From Blastocatellia bacterium (GTDB lineage Bacteria; Acidobacteriota; Blastocatellia; UBA7656): a stretch of 64,000 nt of DNA. The DNA lies in the NCBI GenBank assembly GCA_963737945.1, contig CAVTUR010000004.1, forward strand, positions 63,211 to 127,210, read 5' to 3'. Below, piece after piece: positions 1-10,629 of the stretch. The notes beneath the pieces were generated by a model. It saw nothing but the letters and a program-made list of their open reading frames with translations, did not search any database and was not told where the DNA came from. Made by a program: the position numbers and the translations under genes. Position 1 is the stretch's first letter; each line of letters opens with the position of its first letter.

Positions 1-223
1 CAAACACAGCGGCGATGTCTTCGTCGCGGGTGACATCGCAAGGAAGAACGAGCGGATCTGTCAGCGACGCGGCGAGCTCTCGCGCATTCTCTTCGAGTCT
101 CTCACCCTGGTAAGTGAGCGCTATGCGCGCGCCCTCGTCGGCGGCGCGCCGCGCAATCGCCCACGCGAGGCTTCGCTTGTTGGCGACGCCAAACACGATG
201 CCGGTTTTTCCATCTAGAAGCAT
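1..223 (-). CDS. fabI: Enoyl-ACP reductase FabI, N-terminal part (runs off window edge)
   Basis: Manual translation from ATG at 223: MLLDGKTGIVFGVANKRSLAWAIARRAADEGARIALTYQGERL...PCDV, the typical FabI N-terminus; absent from the ORF track because it is truncated. Confidence 0.9.
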   Translation of the reverse strand, partial: MLLDGKTGIVFGVANKRSLAWAIARRAADEGARIALTYQGERLEENARELAASLTDPLVLPCDVTRDEDIAAVF

Positions 224-233
224 AAGGTCTCTC

Positions 234-322
234 GTTTCTAGTTTCTGGTTTCTAGTTTCTGGTTGTGGTTTCCTGGTTCAGGTCGCAGTAGAACTAGAAA
301 CCAGAGACCAGAAACCAGAAAC
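234..322. repeat. Inverted heptamer tandem repeats (GTTTCTR)n ... (YAGAAAC)n forming a long hairpin
   Basis: GTTTCTA/GTTTCTG x4 at 234-261 and complementary TAGAAAC/CAGAGAC/CAGAAAC x4 at 295-322. Confidence 0.8.
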
Positions 323-330
323 CGCGAAGC

Positions 331-2235
331 CTATTGCCGCTTTTCAGGCGTGATTTTCAACGTCATATCCTTACCATCGCGCCGAATTACCACTTCGACT
401 TCTTCGCCGCCTCGCATTTCGCCCAAAGCATAGGTGTAATCGTAGACGTTCTTGATCGGCATCTTTCCGAGCTTCACAACGAAATCACCGGCGCGCAATC
501 CGGCTTTTTCGGCGGGCGAACCGGGCCGCACGCCGTCCAGCTTCATGCCGTCGCTCTGATCGGAGTAGTTGGGCACGGTTCCGAGATATACTCGAAACCC
601 TCTTCCGGTTGGTCTCTGTTCCACCTTTACCTTGGTGAATGCGATCCGCTGGGGTTCGTTCGCTACTGAGACCGCAATCTCGCGCACAAACTCGGCGACC
701 TGCTTCAATCCTTCGGCGTTGATCTTGTCAGCGGTGTCCGAGGGTTTGTGATAATCGTCGTGAGTGCCGGTGAAGAAAAACAGCACAGGGATATCTCGAA
801 CATAGAATGATTGGTGGTCGCTGGGTCCGAAACCATCCTCGCCGAAGCTGAGCTCAAAGCGGCTTGCAGAAGCAGGTCCGGCGGTGCTGGCAGTCGGCTG
901 GGTTTCGCCGTTCAGCTTCTCGATCAGGGGCTTCCATGTGGGCGACGTGCCGACGCCTCCTATAAACAACGACCCCTTGCGAAGCCTGCCGATCATGTCC
1001 ATGTTCAGCATGGCGACGGTTGTCGCCAGCGGAATGACCGGGTTCTTGGTGTAGGCTCCCGATCCCAGCAGCCCCAGCTCTTCGCCACTGAAGGCGATGA
1101 ACATTATGCTGCGTTTGATTTTGCCTCGCTCGCCGGCAAGCACTCTTGCGATCTCAAGCAGTCCTGTGGTTCCCGAAGCGTTATCATCCGCTCCGTGATG
1201 AATTTCACCTTCAGGGTTTGCCGCCAGCGACTCCGGCCCGCCCAGCCCCAGGTGATCGTAGTGGGCCCCGATGACGACGTATTCAGACGCGAGTTGCCGG
1301 TCGCTCCCCGGGAGCACGCCGACTACGTTCGCGCTCTTGCCGTTGATCTTGACGACATCCGTCTTGAACTGAATAGTGATGTCCCTGGTCGAGAAAGCGG
1401 ATGCGGGTTCATTGGCCTTCGTTTCAGCGCCGGCTAGAGATGCGCCGCCCGAAGCCAGGATCGATCCGGCGGCATCGCGGCTGAGGATCGCCGTTGGGAT
1501 TCCGGAATCCAGGAAATTCAAGTCGTGCCGCAGGTGGGAAAGACGATCCTGGTGAAAGCTCTTCTCGGCGCTGACAAAGACAACGCCGCTGGCGCCTTTC
1601 TCTCTGGCTTTGAGGGTTTTATTTTGAATCTCGAGACCGGGCTGTGTGTATTCAGCAAACTTACCGTGCGGATTGTCGCCGTCTGGGCTGCCGCGCAGGA
1701 CCATCACGATCTTGCCCTTTGGATCAATCCCAGAGTAGTTGTCAAGGCCGAGCTCGGGCGCGCTGATTCCGTAGCCGGCGAAAACGAGTTCTCCGGCGGC
1801 GGGTTCAGAAGAAGAGAAGGCGAGAGGCATGAATTCTTCGCCGACTTTGAGCGCGCGAGTGCCGTTGGCCGACTTCACTTGAAAGGTGTTCTGCTCACCG
1901 AGCTTTACCGCTGAAACAAAGGTGAACGGCTGAAGAAACCCGGAGGTCGAGGCGGGCTTTAGTCCATAGCTGCGAAACTCTTTTTCGATGTACGCGGCCG
2001 CTTCATCGGCAAATTGTGTCCCCGCGCGGCGACCCTGCAGCTTGTCGGAAGCGAGAAACTGAATGTGTTTTGTGATGCGCTCAGTGGAGAGCTGCGCGGC
2101 CGCCGCTGCGCGTTGGCCTGTGTAGGCGTGGAGCGAAGGTGCGAACGCCGGACTCGTGTGGTTTAGTGCGAGCGCTGAAGTTCCGATTAGGAGTGCGATT
2201 GCAAAGATGAACGATCCTGATTTTCTGACTAGCAT
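331..2235 (-). CDS. Secreted M28 family aminopeptidase with PA and C-terminal PDZ domains
   Basis: Signal peptide; GAHYDHLG, GADDNASG, SGEELG, NMDMIG, SDH and YHKPSD M28 motifs; PDZ motif GSPAEKAGLRAGD. Confidence 0.92.
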   Translation of the reverse strand: MLVRKSGSFIFAIALLIGTSALALNHTSPAFAPSLHAYTGQRAAAAAQLSTERITKHIQFLASDKLQGRRAGTQFADEAAAYIEKEFRSYGLKPASTSGFLQPFTFVSAVKLGEQNTFQVKSANGTRALKVGEEFMPLAFSSSEPAAGELVFAGYGISAPELGLDNYSGIDPKGKIVMVLRGSPDGDNPHGKFAEYTQPGLEIQNKTLKAREKGASGVVFVSAEKSFHQDRLSHLRHDLNFLDSGIPTAILSRDAAGSILASGGASLAGAETKANEPASAFSTRDITIQFKTDVVKINGKSANVVGVLPGSDRQLASEYVVIGAHYDHLGLGGPESLAANPEGEIHHGADDNASGTTGLLEIARVLAGERGKIKRSIMFIAFSGEELGLLGSGAYTKNPVIPLATTVAMLNMDMIGRLRKGSLFIGGVGTSPTWKPLIEKLNGETQPTASTAGPASASRFELSFGEDGFGPSDHQSFYVRDIPVLFFFTGTHDDYHKPSDTADKINAEGLKQVAEFVREIAVSVANEPQRIAFTKVKVEQRPTGRGFRVYLGTVPNYSDQSDGMKLDGVRPGSPAEKAGLRAGDFVVKLGKMPIKNVYDYTYALGEMRGGEEVEVVIRRDGKDMTLKITPEKRQ

Positions 2236-2788
2236 AGTTACTCCAGTTATTGAGCGTGTGCGGAAATGAAGACCGTTCGCTCCGGTTCACGACTCAAGTG
2301 TTTTTGCGGAGAGGATGAATCATATAGACCGGCCTTAATCAGTGTCAATTGCACGGGCCCCGAAGCACTGACGCTCCGTTGAGGATCGATGGTAATCCGC
2401 ATTGCTAGCGGTACCAAAGGGCGCTATGCTCCACTCGTCACCTGGCGAGCAGGCTGGCCCACACACAAGTTCAATTGCCGGCGTGGAGTACGTGCCACAA
2501 GATGGTCTGATCTTGGAAGTGCGGTCTCTGCCAGGGAAAGACCGCTCGTGATGCGCAATGCATCTATGCGTGATAGTCGTCACAGCAATCCTTCGGATCG
2601 TCAAGGTAAGCTATCGGCTAGCCGGGGAAATCGATTGTGCCATTGGAGAACGGAGAACTGCCACGCCGGGTTTACGTACGGCTCGTGTCTCAGGGCGGTA
2701 CGTTCACCGTTCTGGATCGAAACATCGTCAATAATAGCTGCATTTGCGTGGGGGTGGGGCTGAGTACGCCCGCCAAATCGGAGGACGA

Positions 2789-5700
2789 ATGAGATTCTCA
2801 CGAACCAATCACCGAGTGGTCAGAGTCGCCTTGATCATCGTTGTGCTCAATAGTCTCTTGGCCCTTCCGAATAGCGTAGAAGGAAAGTTCCACATGCGCC
2901 CTGTGAATGGCGAAAGCGCTCCTCGTTCCTTGTTGGCGGCCAAGCCTGATAGCGCAACACAGACGAAGTTGACGGAAGCTTACGGCAGGCTCCCGCTGAG
3001 TTTCGAGGCGAACGAAGGCCAGGCCGACCCGCGCGTGAAGTTCGTTTCGCGGGCTGGGAGCCGGACACTATTCTTGACTGCGACCGAAGCCGTGCTGAAG
3101 CTGGCCGGCTCAGCCGGACCCGCGCAGCCTGATCCGCCTTTTCCATCGACGAGTCCTGAGTCTGAGCGATCTACAACTGACAAATCACTCGAGGCGGCGA
3201 TGCGAATCAGCCTCGTGGGCGCTAATCCAGCCGCAAGGGTGACGGGGCTGGATGAGCTTTCCGGCAAGAGCAATTACTTTATTGGAAACGATCCGAGCAA
3301 ATGGCGCACTGGGGTTAAGAGCTATTCCAAGGTGCGTTATCTCTCGGTGTATCCAGGGATTGACCTGATCTATCACAGCGATCAGCTCAATCTCGAGTAC
3401 GATTTCAAAGTCGCTCCGCGCGCCAATCCTGGGAGTATCAGGCTGGCCTTCGAAGGCGCAGAAAGATGCCGAATAGACGCGAACGGCGAACTCGTCTTGA
3501 GAACATCCTGCGGTGATGTCAGGCAAAAGAAGCCCATCGTGTATCAAGATGTGCGGGGGGCGAGAAAGCGGATATTGGCTCGCTACGTGATGAGAGGTAG
3601 GCACCAGATCGGGTTCGCTGTGTCGCGCTACGACCGCACCAAGCCGCTGGTTATCGATCCGGTCGTCATTTATTCCACGTACCTGGGTGGGAGCGGGTTG
3701 GAAAGCGCCACCGCCGTTGCCGTCGATCCCAATGGCAATGCGTATATCACCGGGAGTACAAACTCGACCAACTTCCCTACGGCAGACCCTCTTCAGCCTG
3801 CCATCGGTGGAACTCCCACTACGGATGTGTTTGTTACCAAAATCAACCCAACGGGATCAGCGCTGGTGTACTCGACATATCTTGGCGGCAGCTTTAGTGA
3901 CTCAGGGTTTGGCATTGCGCTCGACTCGGGAGGCAATGCATACGTCACTGGTCAGACATCGTCTTTGAATTTTCCAACGGCGAACGCTTTGCAGGGCACG
4001 CTGGCAGGCGAGGTGGATGCCTTCGTAGCCAAGCTGAATTCGCAAGGCTCGATGCTCGTTTATTCGAGTTATTTGGGCGGCGCGTTTGATGATTCCGGCC
4101 GCGCGATTGCAGTCGACTCGTTTGGCGCGGCATATATCACGGGTAACACTGTCTCTCCGGATTTTCCGATCTTCAACGCATTGCAATCCACTATCGGTCG
4201 AACGGACGCGTTTATATCTAAATTCAATTCCGCCGGAACAAATCTGGTCTACTCTACCTATCTCGGTGGAAGTGGAAACGACTCGGCCGCGGCGATCGCG
4301 GTGGACTCGGACGGCAACGCTTACGTGACCGGCACCACGATGTCCTCCGACTTTCCGACGATGAACGCATTGCAGCCGAACTACAGCGGCAAGACTCTGT
4401 TTAAGAGCACCGATAGCGGAGCGAGTTGGGCGCCGATCAATAATGGAGTACCCAGGAGTGCGTCCGTAAGAGCGCTTGCGATTGATCCGCTAAACGCCGC
4501 CACGCTCTATGCTGGAACAGACACTGACGGTAACTATAGGAGCACGGATGCCGGCGGCCAGTGGATGGCCGCGACGAAGGGGCTCCCCGCCTCTCCGGTG
4601 CTGTTAGACCTTGCTATTGATCCGCTGACGCCGTCGATCCTGTATGCGACAACCTGGTCGTCCGGCGTTTTTAAGACAACTAACTCGGGCACAAGTTGGG
4701 ACAGCGTTCTTGGTACGACGCTCACCAACTGTCTGGCGATTGATCCCGCGAACCCCTCAACTCTCTATGTGGGCCACAATAGCCAGGGCGTGCTGGTAAC
4801 CACTGATGGCGGCGCTAGCTGGGAAAACACTGACTTTCCATTCGCCGCCGCCCGGGTCAGTTGTCTGGCGATTGATCCGACGCATTCGGGTTCGTTCTAT
4901 GTAGGAACAGAGAACCTGGGGATCAACAGGTATCCCGTCACATGCGCGCCCATTCCTCTGAGCAGCGATCCGGTGCGTTGCGTCGCAGTCTCCGCGGGTT
5001 CTCCCTCGACTGCCTACGTCGGTACTGGCAACGGAGGCATCTACAAGACCACCAATGCCGGTGGCGCCTGGACACCGGTCAACAGTGGTTTGAGAGAAGT
5101 ATCCGTCAACGCAATCGCAGTCGATCCCATCAATCCCCTAACCGTCTACGCAGCGACGCCGCTCAATTGTTACAAGAGTACGGATGGTGGCGATGCCTGG
5201 AGCCTGCTGACTGTCAATCCTCAATCTCCAACAGTCACGATAACCGAAATCGCAATTGACCCGGTTAACACCTCGACACTCTATGCCGCTGCAACGGGCG
5301 GCTCGGAGGCCTATGTAACACAGTTGAATTCGTCGGGCTCAGCTCTAGTATTTTCAACATTTTTTGGCGGGTCCGGAGGTGATAGCGGCGCGGGTATCGC
5401 GGTTGATTCATCGCATTCGGTGTATATCGCTGGCTCGACCAATTCTCTGGACATTCCGGGGGCTAGCCCGTTGAGACCCTTTTCCGGCGACGCGGACGCT
5501 ATGGTCGCCCGGATCAGCCCCGATGGAGCCGCGCTGGTCTTCTTTACGTATCACGGCGGCAGCAGGTCAGAAGGGGCAAGGGCGTTATCGATTGACCCCT
5601 CCGGGAACGTCTGGATGGCAGGGATACTCGCTCTTCTGACTTTCCCACAACGCCAGACGCTAATCCTTCCGGCATCCCTTGCGCATCAGGGAGTTGTTCG

Positions 5701-6501
5701 CAGGCATTTGTGTCCATGTTCAGTTCCAATGACACATCGTTAGCCTATTCAACCTATTTGGGTGGTAGTGCTGCCGGGCCCGGCGCGAGCGGTTTGGGGT
5801 TCGGTACAGCGGTCGACTCCTCGGGGAGCGCGTATGTAGTGGGCCAGACATTTGCTACGGATTTCCCAACCACACCAGGTGCATTTCAGTTCAATTCCGG
5901 CGGCGGTACCAGCGATGGTTTCGTCGTTAAGATAGGATCCCCGTGCGCGTGCTCGCTATCCCGAACAAGCCAGTTATTCCCAGCGTCCGGGGGGTGTTGT
6001 ACCCTGAAAATGACCACAGCCGTCGGGTGCGGCTGGACGGCGTTAGCCGATAACAGTTGGATATTTCTCACGTCACCCGATAGCGGTGCCGGTAGCGCGA
6101 CCATTACCTTCGAGCTTCGCGAGAACATGGACGAAATGTATCGCATCGGCACCGTGACCATCGCCGGGCAGACGTTCACGGTTCTTCAGGAAGGCACCGG
6201 AGCGAGCGGTTGCTCAATTGCGATCAATCCCACTTATGCGTCGTATTCCTGGGAGGGAGGTAGCAGCAGCGTTAATGTGGTTGCGAACGCGGAATGCATT
6301 TGGACGGCGGTGAGCAAAGCAGACTGGGTGACGATCACTTCAAACGGGATCGGTACAGGGAGCAGCGCAGTGACCTACTCGGTGAGCGCCAACCCGGGTT
6401 CTTCTGCTCGGAAGGCAAAAATTATGGTGGGCGGGCAGGCCTACGCGATAAAGCAGAAGGGGAACCCGGCCAAGGGTGGCTCGGATGGCGGCAAGCCGTA
6501 G
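2789..6501 (+). CDS. Large secreted SBBP beta-propeller protein with an inserted BNR/Asp-box propeller and C-terminal BACON-like domains; one frameshift near 5621
   Basis: LPLSFEANEGQ N-domain, repeated YSTYLGG...IAVD..GNAYVTG.T.S.DFPT units, KSTDGG..W Asp-boxes; adding one G at GGG 5621-5623 joins ORFs 2744..5743 and 5710..6501 and restores MAGDTRSSDFPTT. Confidence 0.85.
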
Positions 6502-6549
6502 TCTGATTTGATCGAGCAGCGCTGAATTACCAGCGGTGTCCCTCGCCTG

Positions 6550-7014
6550 TTATTTCTCGAACACCTTTCCGCGATCGCCAAACACTCGTGGGGCGCCGGC
6601 CAGCAGCCCCAGCAACACAAACGCAAGAAGGATTGCTGGTGTGGCTGTGCCGGCAGTTGTGCCTAGCATGATCGCGCGGCCCAGCGACAGAAACTGAGAC
6701 ACCGCCAGAGAAGCAAACAGCGCCCACCAGGCCCACTTCTCACCTCGCCGGTAAGGTATCCACGTAACCAAGATTGCCAGAAGACCATAGCCGAGCGCCC
6801 AGGTCGCTGCCGTAGCGCGCCTGCCCCGGAACGCCTTCACCGCCTGGTCTCCGCCCTGTTCTCCGATCTGGGTCAGCGTGTACTCACTTGTCAGCCTGTC
6901 CGCTCCGCCGGTATACGCGACCCCGAGCGACTGGGCCGACAATAGAACGATTGCCCCCGACACCACCAGCAGGATAACCCAGCTTGCAATGAACAACAGG
7001 TTTGTACCTCGCAT
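6550..7014 (-). CDS. Small integral membrane protein (about 4 TM), function unknown
   Basis: GGAGG RBS before ATG at 7014; hydrophobic segments; PYRRGEKWAWWAL motif. Confidence 0.7.
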   Translation of the reverse strand: MRGTNLLFIASWVILLVVSGAIVLLSAQSLGVAYTGGADRLTSEYTLTQIGEQGGDQAVKAFRGRRATAATWALGYGLLAILVTWIPYRRGEKWAWWALFASLAVSQFLSLGRAIMLGTTAGTATPAILLAFVLLGLLAGAPRVFGDRGKVFEK

Positions 7015-7094
7015 AGTGCCTCCAGTCGTAGCGTAGACATTGTGTGTGACTTCGCGGCGAATCAAGAAGCACACAGACTAGAGTCTATGCTTTA

Positions 7095-8330
7095 TCACTT
7101 TCCCGTCAATGCTACCTCGAGCAGTATCAGCTTCTTTATTCCGAGATAGAGCGGCTCGATCTGGCACCACTCACCAAGCGAGTGGTCGCCGCCACACGGT
7201 GCGCAGCCGGTCGAGATCGCGGGCAAACCTGCAAGCAGAGCGACGTTCGAATTGTTTGAAGCGCTATTTCCAACGGGCACGTTCTCGAAGCCAATGGCTC
7301 GGTGGACCGCTTCCGCCATTCTCACGGTGAAGGACTCGCGGCTACCCGGTATCTGTGCGGCCGGAACCTTCTCTTCCGGTAACTCGGTCTTGACGGTCAT
7401 ACCCACACGCTCGGCCTCCTCGCGAAGAATCTGAGCTATCTTCTGCTCGAAGTCTTCGAGCTGTTTCTGGTCAGTGGATCTGAGGTCTACCGTGAACCAG
7501 GCATCAGCCGCCTTGGCGTTCACGACTTCCGCGCCGCCAAGCATCCCGATGTTCAAATGGACGACCGGGTCCTGCGGGAGTTCGAGCGCGTAGATCCGCG
7601 TGATTGCCCGCGCGAGAGGGATCGTGGCCGAGTAAGGCGGCGTTTTCGAAGTCGTGTGCCCGCCAGGTCCGATAAAGTGATGCTTGTACCAGTTGATGCC
7701 GATGCCGCCGTAGTTAAATCCTTCGTATCCTCCGTCGAGCGCGACGTACTGGCCGATGCGATCCTTGTTCTCGGCTATGAAGTGCTTCACTCCGCCAAAA
7801 GACGTCTCCTCTTCAACGGTGAACACAAAGATCAGATCGGCCTTCGTCGTTAATCCGGCGTCATCCAGGGCGCGCATTGAGGCAAGCAACGCTTCGACGT
7901 TGCGAGTGTCGTCCCCGACCCCCGGCGCGTAGATCTTTCCATCGCGGATCTGCGCTTTGATTTTCAGCCCTTCCTGAAAAACCGTGTCGAGGTGCGCATC
8001 AAATACGACCGGTTTCGCTCCGCCTGCGCCCTTGCGGATGGCGATGAGATTTCCTTTCGAGTCGTAATAGATCTTGTCGAGCTTGCGCGATTCGAGGATC
8101 TTGCGAACAGCCTCAGCGCGGTTGCGCTCTTTGCCGGACGGGGCATTGATCTCGGTGAGCGCGACCCACTCCGCCAGGATCTCATCTTTGTGCGCATCGA
8201 CATGATCGAATGCGCGCTTCACGTCGGCGCGCTCCATTGTTTGGCGCGCGGCGGCGGCCAGGTCTTGCGCGGTTGCGGTTGAACCGAGCAGCAGCGCCGC
8301 GCAGGTCAGCGCCACCAATCCTGTTTTCAT
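7095..8330 (-). CDS. Secreted M20/M25/M40 family metallo-hydrolase
   Basis: Signal peptide; AHLDTVF, PGVGDD, VEEE and GPGGH motifs; terminal H. Confidence 0.9.
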   Translation of the reverse strand: MKTGLVALTCAALLLGSTATAQDLAAAARQTMERADVKRAFDHVDAHKDEILAEWVALTEINAPSGKERNRAEAVRKILESRKLDKIYYDSKGNLIAIRKGAGGAKPVVFDAHLDTVFQEGLKIKAQIRDGKIYAPGVGDDTRNVEALLASMRALDDAGLTTKADLIFVFTVEEETSFGGVKHFIAENKDRIGQYVALDGGYEGFNYGGIGINWYKHHFIGPGGHTTSKTPPYSATIPLARAITRIYALELPQDPVVHLNIGMLGGAEVVNAKAADAWFTVDLRSTDQKQLEDFEQKIAQILREEAERVGMTVKTELPEEKVPAAQIPGSRESFTVRMAEAVHRAIGFENVPVGNSASNNSNVALLAGLPAISTGCAPCGGDHSLGEWCQIEPLYLGIKKLILLEVALTGK

Positions 8331-8441
8331 AGACGCTCTCCGTTGACTGGCTCACGCAAAAGAAAGCGCCGCCGAGGTCATAGTCATGCGATTGCTATGC
8401 CGACGGAGGCGCAGTCCAAATACGTTAAACGCCACGGAATC

Positions 8442-8536
8442 TTAACCGCAGAGTACGCCGGGGAAGGGCAGAGGCTTCTGCACTACGGTCGGAAGGGGTT
8501 TCCCTCCTGCGTTCCTTGGCGCCCCCCGCGCGGTTA
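8442..8536. repeat. Imperfect intergenic inverted repeat (REP-like)
   Basis: TAACCGCAGAGTACGCCGGGGAAGGGCAGAGG is roughly complementary to CCTCCTGCGTTCCTTGGCGCCCCCCGCGCGGTTA. Confidence 0.45.
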
Positions 8537-8549
8537 GTTCCCGTTCAGG

Positions 8550-9983
8550 CTATGGGTTTGAGGCGCGACGCGGGCGGTCGCGTTGCAACACAGTGTCGTT
8601 CGCGCGTGGGCGGCCCGACATGCGCCACTCGATGCGCTTGATCGCGACTGTTGCAACGTCAGCAGTCGAAGCGCTCGATGTCCGCACGACCGGCTCCAAT
8701 TCCTTTATCGTGTCTTGATCGCCTATGAGTCCAAGTATCTCGATGACCTTTCGGCGGACCTCTTTGCTGCTCGATCGAACGTGTGGGTACAGATCCACTG
8801 CGTTGGATTCCAACAGGTAAGCATGCGCCTGCTCTTCCTGGTCGGTTTCGAGCTTGCGGACGACGTACTGCATGTTTGCGGTGCTACCCATTTTGTAGAG
8901 CGCCCAATACTCCGCGAGCTTCACGTCGCCGTTTTTCTCGGTCAGCACCAGTCGCGAAATCTGATCCAGGTAGCGGGGATCGGCTATTCGAGCCAGCCCT
9001 TCGATCGCGTATTGACGGCGGTCACCGTCTTTGTCGGTGATGTTCTCGACAAAAGTTTGCTCGGCCTTCTCGTCGCCGATCAACGACAGCGCCCACAGAG
9101 CCGCTTCGTCGCGCGGCGGCAGGTAGGTAAACCGCCCTTTCACTTTGTCGCCAACCATCCTGAAGGTACCCTTCTTCTCAGGACCCAAACCGTAGACAGA
9201 TAGCAGTGGCTCAACCGCGGGCTTGTACTTGAGCATCCCAGCAGCCACCATCGCCTGTGTCCTGACCTTGTGATCTGAGTCGCGGAAGAACGGAGTGAGG
9301 TGCGGACCGGCCGACTGATCGCCGATCTTGATAAACGCGCGCAGAACCTCGATTCGAAGATCCTCATCCGCGTTTAGAGCGTCTGCCAGTTGCGGAATAG
9401 CGGCCGCGCCACGCAGCACGCCGATTGCGCGAATAGCGGATACGCGAACATCGCGCTCAGCGTCGCCGTGCGCTGATTCCCCAATCGCGGTCACGATGGC
9501 GGGATCGACGGTTATGTAGGGTTCGACAATCTCGTGGTCGCTGGTGTCCAGGAATGGGTTAAAGAGGTTCCAGCCCGCGCGCCTGTTGGTGATGAAGTCA
9601 ATGTCGTGCTCGGTATACAGCGCCACCAGCGACTTGATTGCGGCGTTGCGCACATCTGTTATGGGATCTTTGAGCGCGTCGATCATCTCGGGTAGCGCGG
9701 CGAAGTCTTTGATCATTCCCAGCGACTGGAGCGCTTCAGCGCGCACATCGGGGTCTTCATCCTTGCGAGCGGCCACTGCAAGGGCTTCGACCGCGAGTTG
9801 ATTGCGGACTCGGCGTTCCCCCAGCTTGTGGGCTGCATCGCGGCGCGTGCTCGAATTGGGACTCTTGAGATAAGCAAGGAGAGTTTCAAGCGACTGGGTC
9901 TCTGCGGGCACAGCGACGATGAGTGTCAACAAAGCCACAACGAGCGCTGCTATGTGCACGAACGTCTTCTTGTTTGAAGGCAT
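8550..9983 (-). CDS. Exported HEAT-repeat protein
   Basis: N-terminal signal/TM segment; repeated L.D.D..VR..A..ALG units. Confidence 0.85.
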   Translation of the reverse strand: MPSNKKTFVHIAALVVALLTLIVAVPAETQSLETLLAYLKSPNSSTRRDAAHKLGERRVRNQLAVEALAVAARKDEDPDVRAEALQSLGMIKDFAALPEMIDALKDPITDVRNAAIKSLVALYTEHDIDFITNRRAGWNLFNPFLDTSDHEIVEPYITVDPAIVTAIGESAHGDAERDVRVSAIRAIGVLRGAAAIPQLADALNADEDLRIEVLRAFIKIGDQSAGPHLTPFFRDSDHKVRTQAMVAAGMLKYKPAVEPLLSVYGLGPEKKGTFRMVGDKVKGRFTYLPPRDEAALWALSLIGDEKAEQTFVENITDKDGDRRQYAIEGLARIADPRYLDQISRLVLTEKNGDVKLAEYWALYKMGSTANMQYVVRKLETDQEEQAHAYLLESNAVDLYPHVRSSSKEVRRKVIEILGLIGDQDTIKELEPVVRTSSASTADVATVAIKRIEWRMSGRPRANDTVLQRDRPRRASNP

Positions 9984-10135
9984 GACAAACTCCTGGATAG
10001 GGACTACTGGTCCTGCGGAATACGCAAACTTTGGGGGTTAGGTTGGGAACCTGTCCTTTCGCAGACATTGTTGTACTCGAGCACGGTTTAGTCAAGCTGC
10101 AAGTGTCTGAAACGAGACGAAGAGGAAGTGAGTCC

Positions 10136-10208
10136 GTGATGCTGCAACCTACAGATCAGCCGCGCATCAACGTTTCGCGTTTCTTTGCATACCCACTTCG
10201 TGAGAAGT
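10136..10208 (-). repeat. Inverted copy of the ~77-bp REP-like unit, interrupted by the IS (continues at 11980-12004)
   Basis: Reverse complement reads ACTTCTCACGAAGTGGGTATGCAAAGAAACGCGAAACGTTGATGCGCGGCTGATCTGTAGGTTGCAGCATCAC, matching the 12039-12278 units. Confidence 0.9.
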
Positions 10209-10222
10209 TCTATGAAAGGGCT

Positions 10223-10228
10223 TGTCAA
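10223..10228 (-). promoter_or_regulatory. Outward -35 box (TTGACA) of the IS circle-junction promoter; the -10 (TAATAT) is at 11971-11976
   Basis: In-silico circularisation gives TTGACA-agccctttcatagaacg(17 nt)-TAATAT pointing into the transposase. Confidence 0.85.
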
Positions 10229-10371
10229 GAAAAAACTTTCCCCTGGCCGGCGGTCGATCTCCTTTTCTCCACAGCCAGCCCCCGGTGTGTGTTTGCCGCG
10301 CAACTTCAGCGATCGATGGACCTGAGCGCGAAAGGCCTGTGGTCGATAGACATAGACCTAGTAGTAGCCGT

Positions 10372-10520
10372 GCTGTGGGAACTGTGGAAAACTCGGAATG
10401 GAACGGAGTGGAATGGAGAGTTTTCCAAGCCGCTGTGGGAATGTGGAAAATCACTGAGGGATAGTCGCCCTTCCTTATGTTGATTTTCCACATTCCCACA
10501 GCGGCGTCAGTTTCCACAGC
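10372..10520. repeat. Nested palindromic (multi-stem) element inside the IS non-coding end
   Basis: Perfect 25-bp IR 10429-10453/10481-10505; TGGAAAACTC/GAGTTTTCCA at 10385-10394/10418-10427; outer GCTGTGGGAACTG/CAGTTTCCACAGC. Confidence 0.85.
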
Positions 10521-10629
10521 TTTCCCGCCTGCGTCGTGGCCGTTTTTACGTGTCTGCCGCATTCGACTGCAACTGCGTCGGTTCGTTTCCCTGAGTCATC
10601 CTTAAGCAGTTACCTGTTGCTATCCTTAG

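Noticed and set aside
10031-10562. ORFs of 131-150 aa in the IS non-coding end
   Set aside because: They overlap palindromes and the IS boundary, have no recognisable motif, and are better explained as structured non-coding DNA
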